A stretch of 11,183 nucleotides of DNA, filler included, from an uncultured virus (IMG/VR IMGVR_UViG_2061766007_004248) (taxonomy: Duplodnaviria; Heunggongvirae; Uroviricota; Caudoviricetes). It is 3 parts of one record of this genome, joined end to end, with 100 filler letters (N's around TTAATTAATTAA, not from the genome) between each part and the next. Parts side by side here need not be neighbours in the genome. Positions count along the whole stretch, not along the records: positions 1 to 740 come from IMGVR_UViG_2061766007_004248; positions 841 to 4,600 come from IMGVR_UViG_2061766007_004248; positions 4,701 to 11,183 come from IMGVR_UViG_2061766007_004248. One strand, 5' to 3'. Shown one piece after another: positions 1-8,163 of the stretch (position 1 is the first letter of the stretch; the number at the start of each line of letters is the position of its first letter). Both the position numbers and the translations under genes were made by a program. The notes under the pieces are model-generated. The model ran no database searches and was not told where the DNA came from. It saw nothing but the letters and a program-made list of their open reading frames with translations.

Positions 1-1
1 C

Positions 2-198
2 GCAGATGGAGACGAAAAGAAGAGCTTCGCCTCTATGGCGGAATGGGCAGCTTCGCTTCCCGAAGTGTCGCGCCTGCTCCTGGAGGAGAAGCAGAAGGAA
101 GCGACAGCCGCCTTCGACGCGGATGATGAAGACTGGCAGGATCGCCTCATCCGGGATAAACACGGGAACCTGATCAACAGCCTGCACAATCTTGGTCT
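2..198 (+). CDS. Fragment of a second allele/copy of the VapE primase-helicase (central part)
   Basis: Translates ADGDEKKSFASMAEWAASLPEVSRLLLEEKQKEATAAFDADDEDWQDRLIRDKHGNLINSLHNLG, near-identical to the protein encoded at 2313-2509; truncated by the window edge and an N gap. Confidence 0.9.
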
Positions 199-518
199 NN
201 NNNNNNNNNNNNNNNNNNNNNNNNNNNNNNNNNNNNNNNNNNNNNNNNNNNNNNNNNNNNNNNNNNNNNNNNNNNNNNNNNNNNNNNNNNNNNNNNNNNN
301 NNNNNNNNNNNNNNNNNNNNNNNNNNNNNNNNNNNNNNNNNNNNNNNNNNNNNNNNNNNNNNNNNNNNNNNNNNNNNNNNNNNNNNNNNNNNNNNNNNNN
401 NNNNNNNNNNNNNNNNNNNNNNNNNNNNNNNNNNNNNNNNNNNNNNNNNNNNNNNNNNNNNNNNNNNNNNNNNNNNNNNNNNNNNNNNNNNNNNNNNNNN
501 NNNNNNNNNNNNNNNNNC

Positions 519-628
519 ATCAACGACGGTAAAGCCGGTGCGGAAAAGCTCCAGGGCATTTGGATCATGGAGATCGGGGAGATGGCGGGGATGAGGAAGG
601 CGGAGCAGGAGAAGCTGAAGGCTTTCTT
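519..628 (+). CDS. Fragment of VapE primase-helicase (Walker B region), second allele
   Basis: INDGKAGAEKLQGIWIMEIGEMAGMRKAEQEKLKAF is identical in protein to the segment at about 3127-3236, with a few synonymous differences. Confidence 0.9.
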
Positions 629-638
629 NNNNNNNNNN

Positions 639-740
639 GATGGATTCACTGGGCAAGAAGGTGGTCGCAGATGTGCTTCGGACTGCGCCGGAACCGCTCC
701 GGACGGTCCTGACGCTTCGGCAGCAGCTCGCCATGTCCGC
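639..740 (+). CDS. Internal fragment of a phage-type family A DNA polymerase
   Basis: The frame starting at 640 (not in the ORF track) reads MDSLGKKVVADVLRTAPEPLRTVLTLRQQLAMS. This resembles the 'LGKKAV..LL..AP..L..VL.LRQQLAKSS' segment I recall from PolA of Bacillota siphophage replication modules, which typically also encode VapE and VRR-NUC. Only 33 codons are visible. Confidence 0.7.
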
Positions 741-840
741 NNNNNNNNNNNNNNNNNNNNNNNNNNNNNNNNNNNNNNNNNNNNTTAATTAATTAANNNN
801 NNNNNNNNNNNNNNNNNNNNNNNNNNNNNNNNNNNNNNNN
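741..840. other. Artificial contig-joining linker
   Basis: 44 N + TTAATTAATTAA (785-796, stop codons in all six frames) + 44 N; the identical structure recurs at 4601-4700. Confidence 0.95.
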
Positions 841-1062
841 TCTCCGGAAGCGGTTGAGTACCACCTTCCGTACGTCAGAGACACAGGCGGAGTACCAGAA
901 GATGAAGAGTGCCAGACGCAGCGCGGTAAAGGACAAAGGCGGGTTCGTCGGCGGTGTGCTGAAGGACGGCGTCCGCAGCGCGGTAACCGTGGTTGTTCGA
1001 TCGCTGCTTACTCTGGATGTGGATAACGCCAGCCTCACATTCCTGGACGAATATATGGCGCT
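841..1062 (+). CDS. Duplicate allelic fragment of the VapE N-terminal primase region
   Basis: LRKRLSTTFRTSETQAEYQKMKSARRSAVKDKGGFVGGVLKDG...DEYMA is near-identical to 1487-1708; bounded by the linker and a 10-N gap. Confidence 0.85.
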
Positions 1063-1246
1063 NNNNNNNNNNTATCCGCAGAGGAGCACCGGATCCCGAT
1101 CCGGTATTTCCCTGCAGAACAGGAGGNNNNNNNNNNCATTTCATGCTTGCCCCTCACCTGTGTTTTCCGCAGTTTCTCGATGATGGGGAATGCAGAGGAA
1201 CGGGAGAGCCGTCACCGGGCATGAAAACTGAAATAGNNNNNNNNNN

Positions 1247-1417
1247 CATTTCATGCTTGCCCCTCACCTGTATTTTCCGCAGTTTCTCGATGATGGGGAA
1301 TGCAGAGGAACGGGAGAGCTGTCACCGGGCATGAAAACTGAAATAGCATACGCAGAGGAGCACCGGATCCCGATCCGGTATTTCCCTGCAGAACAGGAGG
1401 ATCATTTTGATGACTGA
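1247..1417 (+). pseudogene. 3' part of a DUF4406-like phage gene, apparently frameshifted and internally deleted
   Basis: Reads HFMLAPHLYFPQFLDDGECRGTGELSPGMKTEIAYAEEHRIPIRYFPAEQEDHFDD*. 'APHL.FPQFLDD' and 'S.GM..EI..A.....IPIRYF' match, from memory, the small gene usually found just upstream of phage VapE. The stop (1415-1417) overlaps the VapE start. Allelic duplicates lie at 1073-1126 and 1137-1236. Confidence 0.65.
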
Positions 1418-3858
1418 ATTCAAGGTGGCTTTCGGTGAAAACCGGCAGGCTAAGAAATGGAAGAACGGCACGATCACGTTGGAAGAGCTCCGGAAGCGGT
1501 TGAGCACCACCTTCCGCACATCAGAGACACAGGCGGAGTACCAGAAGATGAAGAGTGCCGGGCGCAGCTCGGTAAAGGACAAAGGTGGGTTCGTCGGCGG
1601 CGTGCTGAAGGACGGCGTCCGCAGCGCGGTAACCGTGGTTGTTCGCTCTTTACTCACACTGGATGTGGATAACGCCAGCCTCACATTCCTGGACGAATAT
1701 ATGGCGCTTTGCCCTTACGAAACTCTTATCTACACCACCCACGGCCACATGCCGTCGGCCCCCCGCTACCGCCTTGTCATCCCTCTGACGAGGGACATAA
1801 GCCCTGAAGAATACAACGCGATCACCCGCTTCTTTGCCGCAGAACAAGGAATCGAGATGTTCGATACCTGCTCCTTTACTCCTTCTCAGCTGATGTTCTG
1901 GCCCACGACTTCGTCGGACGGTGAATACATCTTCCGGGAGGTGGAGGGCGCTCCCATGGACCCCGACGCTTTTCTGGCGCGTTACCCTTCCTGGAAAGAT
2001 CCCCTGAGCTTGCCCACCTCCTCTAAAGAGGCTCCCGCTCATGAAGGCAAGGGGAAGGTGGAAGACCCGCTTACTAAAGAAGGCATCGTTGGCACCTTCT
2101 GCCGTGCCGTAGGCACGATCCAGAACGCGATAGACCTGTATCTCTCCGACGTGTATGAAAAGGTAAGGGATGACCGCTACCATTTGATCGGGTCTTCAAG
2201 TGGTCCGGGTGTGCAGATCTACAACGACCGGCTTGCATACTCGAACCACGCGACGGACCTGGCTGCCCGTCAGACATGTAACGCTTTCGACCTGATCCGG
2301 CTGCATAAGTTCCCGGATGAAGATCCAAAGAAAAGCTTTTCCGCGATGTCAGAGTGGGCGGCATCTCTGCCGGAAGTGTCGCGCCTGCTCCTGGAGGAGA
2401 AGCAGAAGGAAGCGACAGCCGCCTTCGACGCGGATGATGAAGACTGGCAGGACAGGTTGATCCGGGATAAACACGGGAACCTGATCAACAGCCTGCACAA
2501 TCTTGGTCTCATCATGACCTACGACCCTTATATGCGCAACATCGTCTTCAACCAGCTGGCAGACGGGATGGAGATCAAGGGAGAAGTCCCCTGGTCCCAT
2601 GATGGGAAGAAGTTCTGGCGGGACCAGGACGATGCGCAGCTGATCTGGTATGTGGATCAGAATTACGGGTCCTTCTCCCAGCGAAATTACGATATCGCCG
2701 TCACGAAATGTGTGGATGATCGTTCTTATCACCCCATTAAGGAATACCTGGAAACACTGCCGGAGTGGGACGGGATCCCGAGGGTAGACACTCTTCTGAT
2801 TGATTATCTGGGAGCCGCGGATACGCCGTATGTTCGTGCCGTCACCCGTAAGGAACTCTGTTCGGCCGTTACCCGTGTCTACCACCCCGGCACGAAGTTC
2901 GATACACTCCTGGTCCTTATNNNNNNNNNNCCTTGGCGCGGAGGATAATTCGTATGTTCGTGCCGTCACCCGTAAGGAACTCTGTGCGGCTGTCACCCGT
3001 GTCTACCACCCCGGCACGAAGTTCGATACACTCCTGGTCCTTATCGGGGAACAGGGAATAGGTAAAAGCACCCTGATCGCCCGTCTTGCAATGGACTGGT
3101 TTTCGGATTCGCTGACCCTCTCTGATATCAACGACGGTAAGGCCGGTGCGGAAAAGCTCCAGGGCATCTGGATCATGGAGATTGGAGAGATGGCGGGGAT
3201 GAGGAAGGCGGAGCAGGAGAAGCTGAAAGCTTTCTTCGGGAGACAGGATGATAAATATAGGGCAGCGTTCGGAAGAAGAGTACAAAGCCACCCCCGTCAG
3301 TCGGTGATGTTTGGAACAACCAATGCGGAATCAGGTTTTCTTCGAGACATTACCGGAAATAGAAGATACTGGCCGGTGACTGTTCTTGGAACAGGAACAA
3401 GAAAACCGTGGGAACTGACACAGGACGACGTTAACCAAATCTGGGCAGAAGTACTTGTTCTTGTTTCCAAGGGTGAACCGCTGACGCTCCCCGCCGATCT
3501 TGAGGAACAGGCAAAGGCGGAACAAGCTGCTGCGATGGAAAAAGATGAACGCGAAGGGGTTGTTCGCTTGTTCCTGGAGACGTTGCTACCCGCCAACTGG
3601 GACCAGATGGATCTCTTCTCGCGCCGGGAATATCTCCGGGGAGACGACCTGACCCGGCGTGAGGGGACCGTAAAGCGGAGCGCTGTCTCCAACATAGAGA
3701 TCTGGTGCGAGTGCTTTGGGAGGAACCGGGAAGACCTGAAACCGGCGGAGAGTTATGCTCTTTCCAGCCTCATGTCCCGCATTGAGGGCTGGTCGCGTCC
3801 GAAGACGCTGCAGACGCAAGCGTTGTACGGGAAGCAGCGAGTGTATCTGAGAGAGTAA
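1410..3858 (+). CDS. VapE (virulence-associated E) family phage primase-helicase
   Basis: AGGAGG at 1395-1400, ATG at 1410. The N-terminal primase-like part has KDKGGFVGG, LTLDVD and YTTHGH..PRYRLVIPL. The C-terminal part has Walker A GEQGIGKST, Walker B WIMEIGEM, FGTTN, GNRRYWPV and the terminal YGKQRVY. The two ORFs 1407-2948 and 2800-3858 are one gene broken by a 10-N gap with about 110 bp duplicated on either side. Confidence 0.92.
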
Positions 3859-4150
3859 CAGGCGTTGGAACAAGTCGCGGAGAGGGACGGCGCTTGTTCC
3901 GCNNNNNNNNNNACAGCGAGTGTATCTGAGGGAGTAACAGGCGTTGGAACAAGTCGCGGAGAGGGACAGCGCTTGTTCCGCTTGTTCCTCTCATATCTGC
4001 CCTATTTTATTGGAATTAGGGCTATGGAACGAACAACCTATGAATTTCTTACTAGAACGAATTCATAAAAATAGTAGATATAAGAGTACCAAAACCGCGT
4101 ATTCGCACACGCGAGGAAAATGACGTTATCTGGTTCTCTTGTTACTACGG
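3859..4150. repeat. GGAACAAG/CTTGTTCC inverted and direct repeats plus AT-rich tract; candidate replication origin
   Basis: GGAACAAG 3867-3874 with CTTGTTCC 3893-3900; duplicate allele GGAACAAG 3946-3953 with CTTGTTCC at 3972-3979 and 3981-3988; AT-rich stretch about 4000-4095. The repeats are seen directly; origin function is inferred from the position after a primase-helicase. Confidence 0.45.
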
Positions 4151-4321
4151 ACCGGGAGGTATCAATGATAAGGGAAAGGGATGTAGAAGCCTCTCTCATA
4201 CGGGAGATAAGGANNNNNNNNNNGGCAAATGATAAGAGAGAAAGATGTAGAAGCCTCTCTCATACGGGAGATAAGGAAACAGGGCGGGCTCTGNNNNNNN
4301 NNNTGGACCGGGAGGTGGCAA

Positions 4322-4600
4322 ATGATAAGGGAAAGGGATGTAGAAGCCTCTCTCATACGGGAGATAAGGAAACAGGGCGGGCTCTGCCTGAAATTTGTGA
4401 GTCCCGGGTGGAGCGGGGCACCGGACCGGATCTGTCTTTGGAAGGGCGGGCGCATGGCCTTCGCCGAGGTGAAGAGACCGGGAGCGAAGCAGCGTCTCCT
4501 GCAGACCCGCAGGGCGGAGCAGCTGAGAAGCCTCGGTTTTACCGTGGCTATTATCGACAGCCCGGAGGAGGCAGAGCGGTTCGCAAAGTCTGGAGGCGGT
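4322..4600 (+). CDS. VRR-NUC domain nuclease (phage), 3' end lost in linker
   Basis: GGAGG upstream; MIRERDVEASLIREIRKQGGLCLKFVSPGWSGAPDRICLWKGGRMAFAEVKRPG...Q......LRSLGF carries the PD...EVK (PD-(D/E)XK) motif typical of VRR-NUC. Partial allelic duplicates of the 5' end start at 4165 and 4229. Confidence 0.9.
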
Positions 4601-4700
4601 NNNNNNNNNNNNNNNNNNNNNNNNNNNNNNNNNNNNNNNNNNNNTTAATTAATTAANNNNNNNNNNNNNNNNNNNNNNNNNNNNNNNNNNNNNNNNNNNN
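4601..4700. other. Artificial contig-joining linker
   Basis: 44 N + TTAATTAATTAA (4645-4656) + 44 N. Confidence 0.95.
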
Positions 4701-4704
4701 AGAG

Positions 4705-4715
4705 TGTGCTATAAT
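4705..4715 (+). promoter_or_regulatory. Extended -10 promoter (TGTGcTATAAT) upstream of the metK-like gene
   Basis: Perfect TATAAT at 4710-4715 preceded by a TRTG motif at 4705-4708; the -35 region is hidden by the linker. Confidence 0.7.
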
Positions 4716-4735
4716 GGTATCATGTTGAAGACTGG

Positions 4736-4767
4736 GGAAAGGGCTCCGCGCACGCGGGGTCCTTTTC
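4736..4767 (+). terminator. Terminator-like hairpin in the metK-like leader
   Basis: GGAAAGGGCTCCGC-GCAC-GCGGGGTCCTTTTC: a 14-bp stem with G-U pairs ending in TTTT, lying between the promoter and the AAGGAGG ribosome-binding site. Confidence 0.55.
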
Positions 4768-4786
4768 ATATGCAAAGGAGGTTCCT

Positions 4787-5569
4787 ATGTTTGAAAAAGT
4801 GAATCCATCCCACCCTGATAAGGTCGCCGATCGCATCGCCGGCGCGCTGGTGGACATGGCGTACCGTAAAACGACACAACCGCGTATTGCTGTTGAGGTT
4901 CTCATCGGCCATGGCGTGTGCCACATTATTTGTGAGACTTCGGTCAGGCTGCCGGAGAAGGAAGTGTACCGGACAGTACGGCGTATTGCCGGTGACGTGT
5001 ATGTGGATCTCAGGCAGCTTCCGCAGGATGAACAGCTCGCCCAGAACCAGTCGCATGGTCTGCGCTGCGGCGACAACGGCATCTTCCGGGGTATGCCCGT
5101 GACCCGCGAGCAGAAGAGGCTCTCACGGATAGCGAGGCGGATTTACGAGCAGTTTCCATATGACGGAAAGTACATACTCGACGGTGACCGGCTGATCATC
5201 TGCCAGAGCAATACCAGATCAAGGGACCTGCAACGCATGTTCCCCTCGGCTGAGATCAATCCCTTGGGCGACTGGACAGGCGGCACTGACGTGGACACCG
5301 GCGCGGTCAACCGCAAGCTCGGCAGCGACATGGGCGATTCCATTACCGGCGGAGGCCTGCACGGCAAGGACCTGAGCAAGGCTGACGTGAGCGTGAACAT
5401 CTACGCATGGCTCAAGGCGCAGCTGATCCAGGAGCCCGTCGAGATATCCTGCGCGATAGGGGACGATCACGTTGACGGGCTGCCGTACGCTGTCATAGTC
5501 GACGTGGCCCGGAGATACATTAACGCCGTCGGCGGATTTGAGAGATTCGCCGAGTGGGGACTGATATGA
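4787..5569 (+). CDS. metK: Compact S-adenosylmethionine synthetase (MetK)-like protein, prophage type
   Basis: Diverged MetK motifs appear in order: HPDKVADRI (canonical GHPDKxxDQI), CGDNG (GAGDQG), GGTDVDTGAVNRK (GGPxGDxGLTGRK), GGGLHGKDLSKADVS (GGGAFSGKDPSKVDRS). Strong RBS; 260 aa; no gaps. Confidence 0.85.
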   Translation: MFEKVNPSHPDKVADRIAGALVDMAYRKTTQPRIAVEVLIGHGVCHIICETSVRLPEKEVYRTVRRIAGDVYVDLRQLPQDEQLAQNQSHGLRCGDNGIFRGMPVTREQKRLSRIARRIYEQFPYDGKYILDGDRLIICQSNTRSRDLQRMFPSAEINPLGDWTGGTDVDTGAVNRKLGSDMGDSITGGGLHGKDLSKADVSVNIYAWLKAQLIQEPVEISCAIGDDHVDGLPYAVIVDVARRYINAVGGFERFAEWGLI

Positions 5570-5570
5570 T

Positions 5571-5611
5571 AAAAAACTGCCGGTCAGATGAAACGCTATA
5601 TCTGACCGGCA
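5571..5611 (-). terminator. Intrinsic terminator between convergent metK-like and YgiT genes
   Basis: Perfect 12-bp inverted repeat TGCCGGTCAGAT (5578-5589) / ATCTGACCGGCA (5600-5611); AAAAAA at 5571-5576 gives a U-tract on the minus strand. Confidence 0.85.
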
Positions 5612-5632
5612 TACATGTATAAAGCTAAACTG

Positions 5633-5860
5633 CTATGCAACATCATCGAAGTAAAGGATGGTTTGCTCTTCCATACGCGATTTTGCGTCTTCGATGATCT
5701 TTTCAATTTTCTTGACCACATCGCCGGTATAAAGGATCTCATCACACTCCTCGCATTTATAGCAGGGAATATCGCGAATGACCAGCAGGCCAAACCCAAG
5801 TTCGATTGCTTCGGATGTTAAACTCTTATATACTGGTTTCCCGCATTTCATGCATCTCAT
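5633..5860 (-). CDS. YgiT-type zinc finger protein (MqsA N-terminal-like), putative antitoxin
   Basis: MRCMKCG...LLVIRDIPCYKCEECDEILY has two CxxC pairs with the YgiT 'I.DIP...C..C.E..Y' pattern. The true start is ATG at 5860 with AAAGGAG upstream and an ATGA overlap with the upstream stop; 75 aa. Confidence 0.85.
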   Translation of the reverse strand: MRCMKCGKPVYKSLTSEAIELGFGLLVIRDIPCYKCEECDEILYTGDVVKKIEKIIEDAKSRMEEQTILYFDDVA

Positions 5861-6174
5861 ATTGTTTGCTCCTTTCGTGTTTTCATGTCTGATTCCCATT
5901 TGTCCGGATCAGGGGCATAGGCTGTTACAACATATATCTTGTCAGACTCGATGCTGAGCACGGCGTGCAGGGCACGTTCTCCTGAATATCCAAGAACCAG
6001 GCAACTTGGAGACGGAAAGGCATCCGGATATTGTTCGATGATACTGCCTGTCTTGATCGTAAATATAATATCATCGATACCAATACCGCGTTCGGCAAAC
6101 CTTTTCCTGCTGTGCTGGGTCATTATCAATGACTCAGCCTTATTCAATAATTGGAATTGCTCGATAGAGTACAT
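5857..6174 (-). CDS. DUF4258 domain protein, putative toxin
   Basis: TQHSRKRFAERGI..DDI...I..G.IIEQYPDAFPSPSCLVLG.....LHAV.......YVVTAYAPDPDKWESDMKTRK fits the DUF4258 pattern; GAGGAG RBS; translationally coupled to the YgiT gene. Confidence 0.85.
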   Translation of the reverse strand: MYSIEQFQLLNKAESLIMTQHSRKRFAERGIGIDDIIFTIKTGSIIEQYPDAFPSPSCLVLGYSGERALHAVLSIESDKIYVVTAYAPDPDKWESDMKTRKEQTI

Positions 6175-6203
6175 TGTTTTCTCCTCACGACTTCACAATA
6201 CAG

Positions 6204-6232
6204 ATTTTACCACATTTCGAAAAAAGAATCAA
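6204..6232 (-). promoter_or_regulatory. Sigma70/SigA promoter for the DUF4258-YgiT operon
   Basis: Minus strand TTGATT (6232-6227), 17 bp spacer, TAAAAT (6209-6204), with TGTG just upstream of the -10. Confidence 0.75.
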
Positions 6233-6524
6233 TTATCCTGTTGGTTAAATTGACTTCCTTGGCCAACTGAACAGAGCTATCCGTTATTTATCTTGACTTT
6301 CATTCCGAGCTGACGGATATATGTAGCGATCATTTGGAAGCCTGCAAATAAAAAGTCANNNNNNNNNNNNNNNNNNNNNNNNNNNNNNNNNNNNNNNNNN
6401 NNNNNNNNNNNNNNNNNNNNNNNNNNNNNNNNNNNNNNNNNNNNNNNNNNNNNNNNNNNNNNNNNNNNNNNNNNNNNNNNNNNNNNNNNNNNNNNNNNNN
6501 NNNNNNNNNNNNNNNNNNNNNNNN

Positions 6525-7906
6525 CTCAGACAGGGACTGTTCCCAGAGGCCTTTCTCTTTGAGACAGTCACGAACCTTTCCGTAGTAGATGCGCAAGAAC
6601 TTGGTCATGCCGGCAGTCATGTACACATAGTACTGTTTGCCCTCGGAGCGTTTCTTGTCAAGGAACTGGTAAACCGGGTCATCGGCGGGCTGTAGCTGCA
6701 GCAGGATCGTCATAATGATAAAAAGCGTTTTGCGAAGGTATGGAGNNNNNNNNNNAGCAAAGCCAACAAGCGACTTCTGATGTACAAAACGGCGAAGGTC
6801 ACCAATCTCGGCCATCAGCTGCGGTCCCATGGACTTGCCTACGCCGGTCATGGCCATGACAGTCTCGTATTCCGGAAGCTGAGAGGCCAGNNNNNNNNNN
6901 AGCCACGTTTGCTGCTGGGCTTGCTGTCGGAAACCTTGTCGCCGGAATCATCCTTGACCGGATCAGTGCCAGCAAAGCCTACCAGAGACTTCTGGTGCGC
7001 AAAGCGGTGAAGGTCGCCGATCTCTGCCATCAGCTGCGGTCCCATGGACTTGCCCACACCGGTCATAGCCATGACTGTCTCGTACTCCGGAAGCTGAGAA
7101 GCAAGGCGGTCCATCTCGGCACGGTAGATTTCCACCGTGCGTGAAACGGCATTGAGCTGAGCAACCGCTTCTCTGACCAGGAGCCTGCAGGTGTCGGACT
7201 TGAGCACCAGCGGGAACTTCTGCCGGGCATCCTCGTGAATCTCGTCAGCCTTAGCTTCTGAGAAGTTATAGCCGTGGCGCTTGCACCACTTCTGGTACCG
7301 CTCCACAAAGGCCTTCCGGCTGACCTTGGCCACGCAGTCCACATGCCAGAAGGTGCCCACAAAGTCCACCCATTTCTGACTGCCATCCGGCCGCACCGGG
7401 CTGTCAAAGTACCTGTTCGCGCCTGGATAGCTCTGCTCCAACAGAGCAATGAGATTGTTGTTCAGCGCGGTCTTGGTCTTGGAAGACAGCTGGAACTGTC
7501 GGTGAAGGGTCTTGAGGTCGTAACGAATCGTATCCATGGGAGTATAGTGCGGCAGGATCTCCCATTTGTCAATGGCAAACTGAGCGATCTTCAGAGCATC
7601 TGCCTTGTCGGTCTTCACCTTGCGGACGCTGATCCCCTCCTGGTAATCCTTGATGGCCAGCGGGTTCACGGCGGACACGAAGAAGCCTGCCCGGTACATG
7701 CTCATGGCGAAGGATTCGTAGTACCGCCCGGTATGCTCCATGACGATCCTGACCTCACCATCCAAAGTACGCAGTCTTGCCGCCAATTCGGCAAAGCCAT
7801 CGGCGGTGTGCTGAACCTCGTAAGGTCTCACAGCCACCATTCTTCTGGCACCGAGTACGGCAACCGTGCTCCTGCCGTTTGAAACATCGACCCCTACTGC
7901 GAACAT
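6525..7906 (-). CDS. IS110-family transposase/recombinase (DEDD RuvC-like + Tnp20 domain); stop codon lies in the N gap
   Basis: VGVDVS (D), MEHTG (E), KTDKADA (DD); C-terminal GVG...LMAEIGD..RF......GFAG.DP...DSG...SKRG.PYLRKTLF with the conserved serine motif; GGAGG RBS at 7918-7914. Interrupted by 10-N gaps with an extra allelic copy at 6756-6890. Confidence 0.95.
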
Positions 7907-7919
7907 GCTGAATCCTCCC

Positions 7920-8163
7920 GATGTGTTACTACAATGGCTTACCGCCTTTACCCATCGCCGATTCTATCTGTTCGCTGACCCGAGTGACCCTGACGGGCGC
8001 TCTACCTGCACAAATCGAACGCTGTACAACGGGAAGGCCGACTGGCTGACTCAGGTACGAGCGTGATGCTCTTGGAGGCATTCGTCAGGCCATTGCCCTC
8101 CCATTGTACAGCTTAGGCAATGAGATGTCCCTCGCCTGTGGCTGGCTGCCACGAACATGGGGC
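7920..8163 (-). ncRNA. Predicted IS110 bridge RNA (5' stem-loop, target-binding loop, donor-binding loop)
   Basis: 5' hairpin 8158-8125. An 18-bp stem (8112-8095 with 8038-8021) closes an internal loop GAAUGCCUCCAA / GUACCUGA around a GAGC-GCUC hairpin. A second stem CGAUUU/GAAUCG (8017-8012 / 7964-7959) encloses UGCAGG and AACAG, which match the element junction. Boundaries are approximate and folding was done by eye. Confidence 0.8.

Noticed and set aside
785..796. TTAATTAATTAA palindrome, repeated at 4645-4656
   Set aside because: Centred in identical 44N-12-44N blocks; an artificial six-frame-stop contig linker.
841..1400. Near-identical repeats suggesting diversity-generating retroelement TR/VR pairs
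   Set aside because: Differences are not adenine-specific, are largely synonymous, abut N gaps, and no reverse transcriptase is visible.
2800..3045. Apparent split or programmed frameshift in VapE with a roughly 110-bp direct repeat
   Set aside because: The frame change coincides with a 10-N gap flanked by duplicated allelic sequence; scaffolding artefact.
1322..3873. Multiple minus-strand ORFs overlapping VapE, and similar antisense ORFs over the metK-like, transposase and MBL genes
   Set aside because: Shadow ORFs of well-supported genes with no recognisable motifs.
4151..4386. Three tandem copies of the VRR-NUC 5' end resembling a repeat array
   Set aside because: Each copy is cut by a 10-N gap and differs by a few SNPs; these are allelic assembly overlaps, not CRISPR or a true tandem repeat.
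4716..4786. Known SAM riboswitch upstream of the metK-like gene
   Set aside because: The leader is short and I could not identify SAM-I or SMK-box consensus elements; kept only as a terminator-like hairpin.
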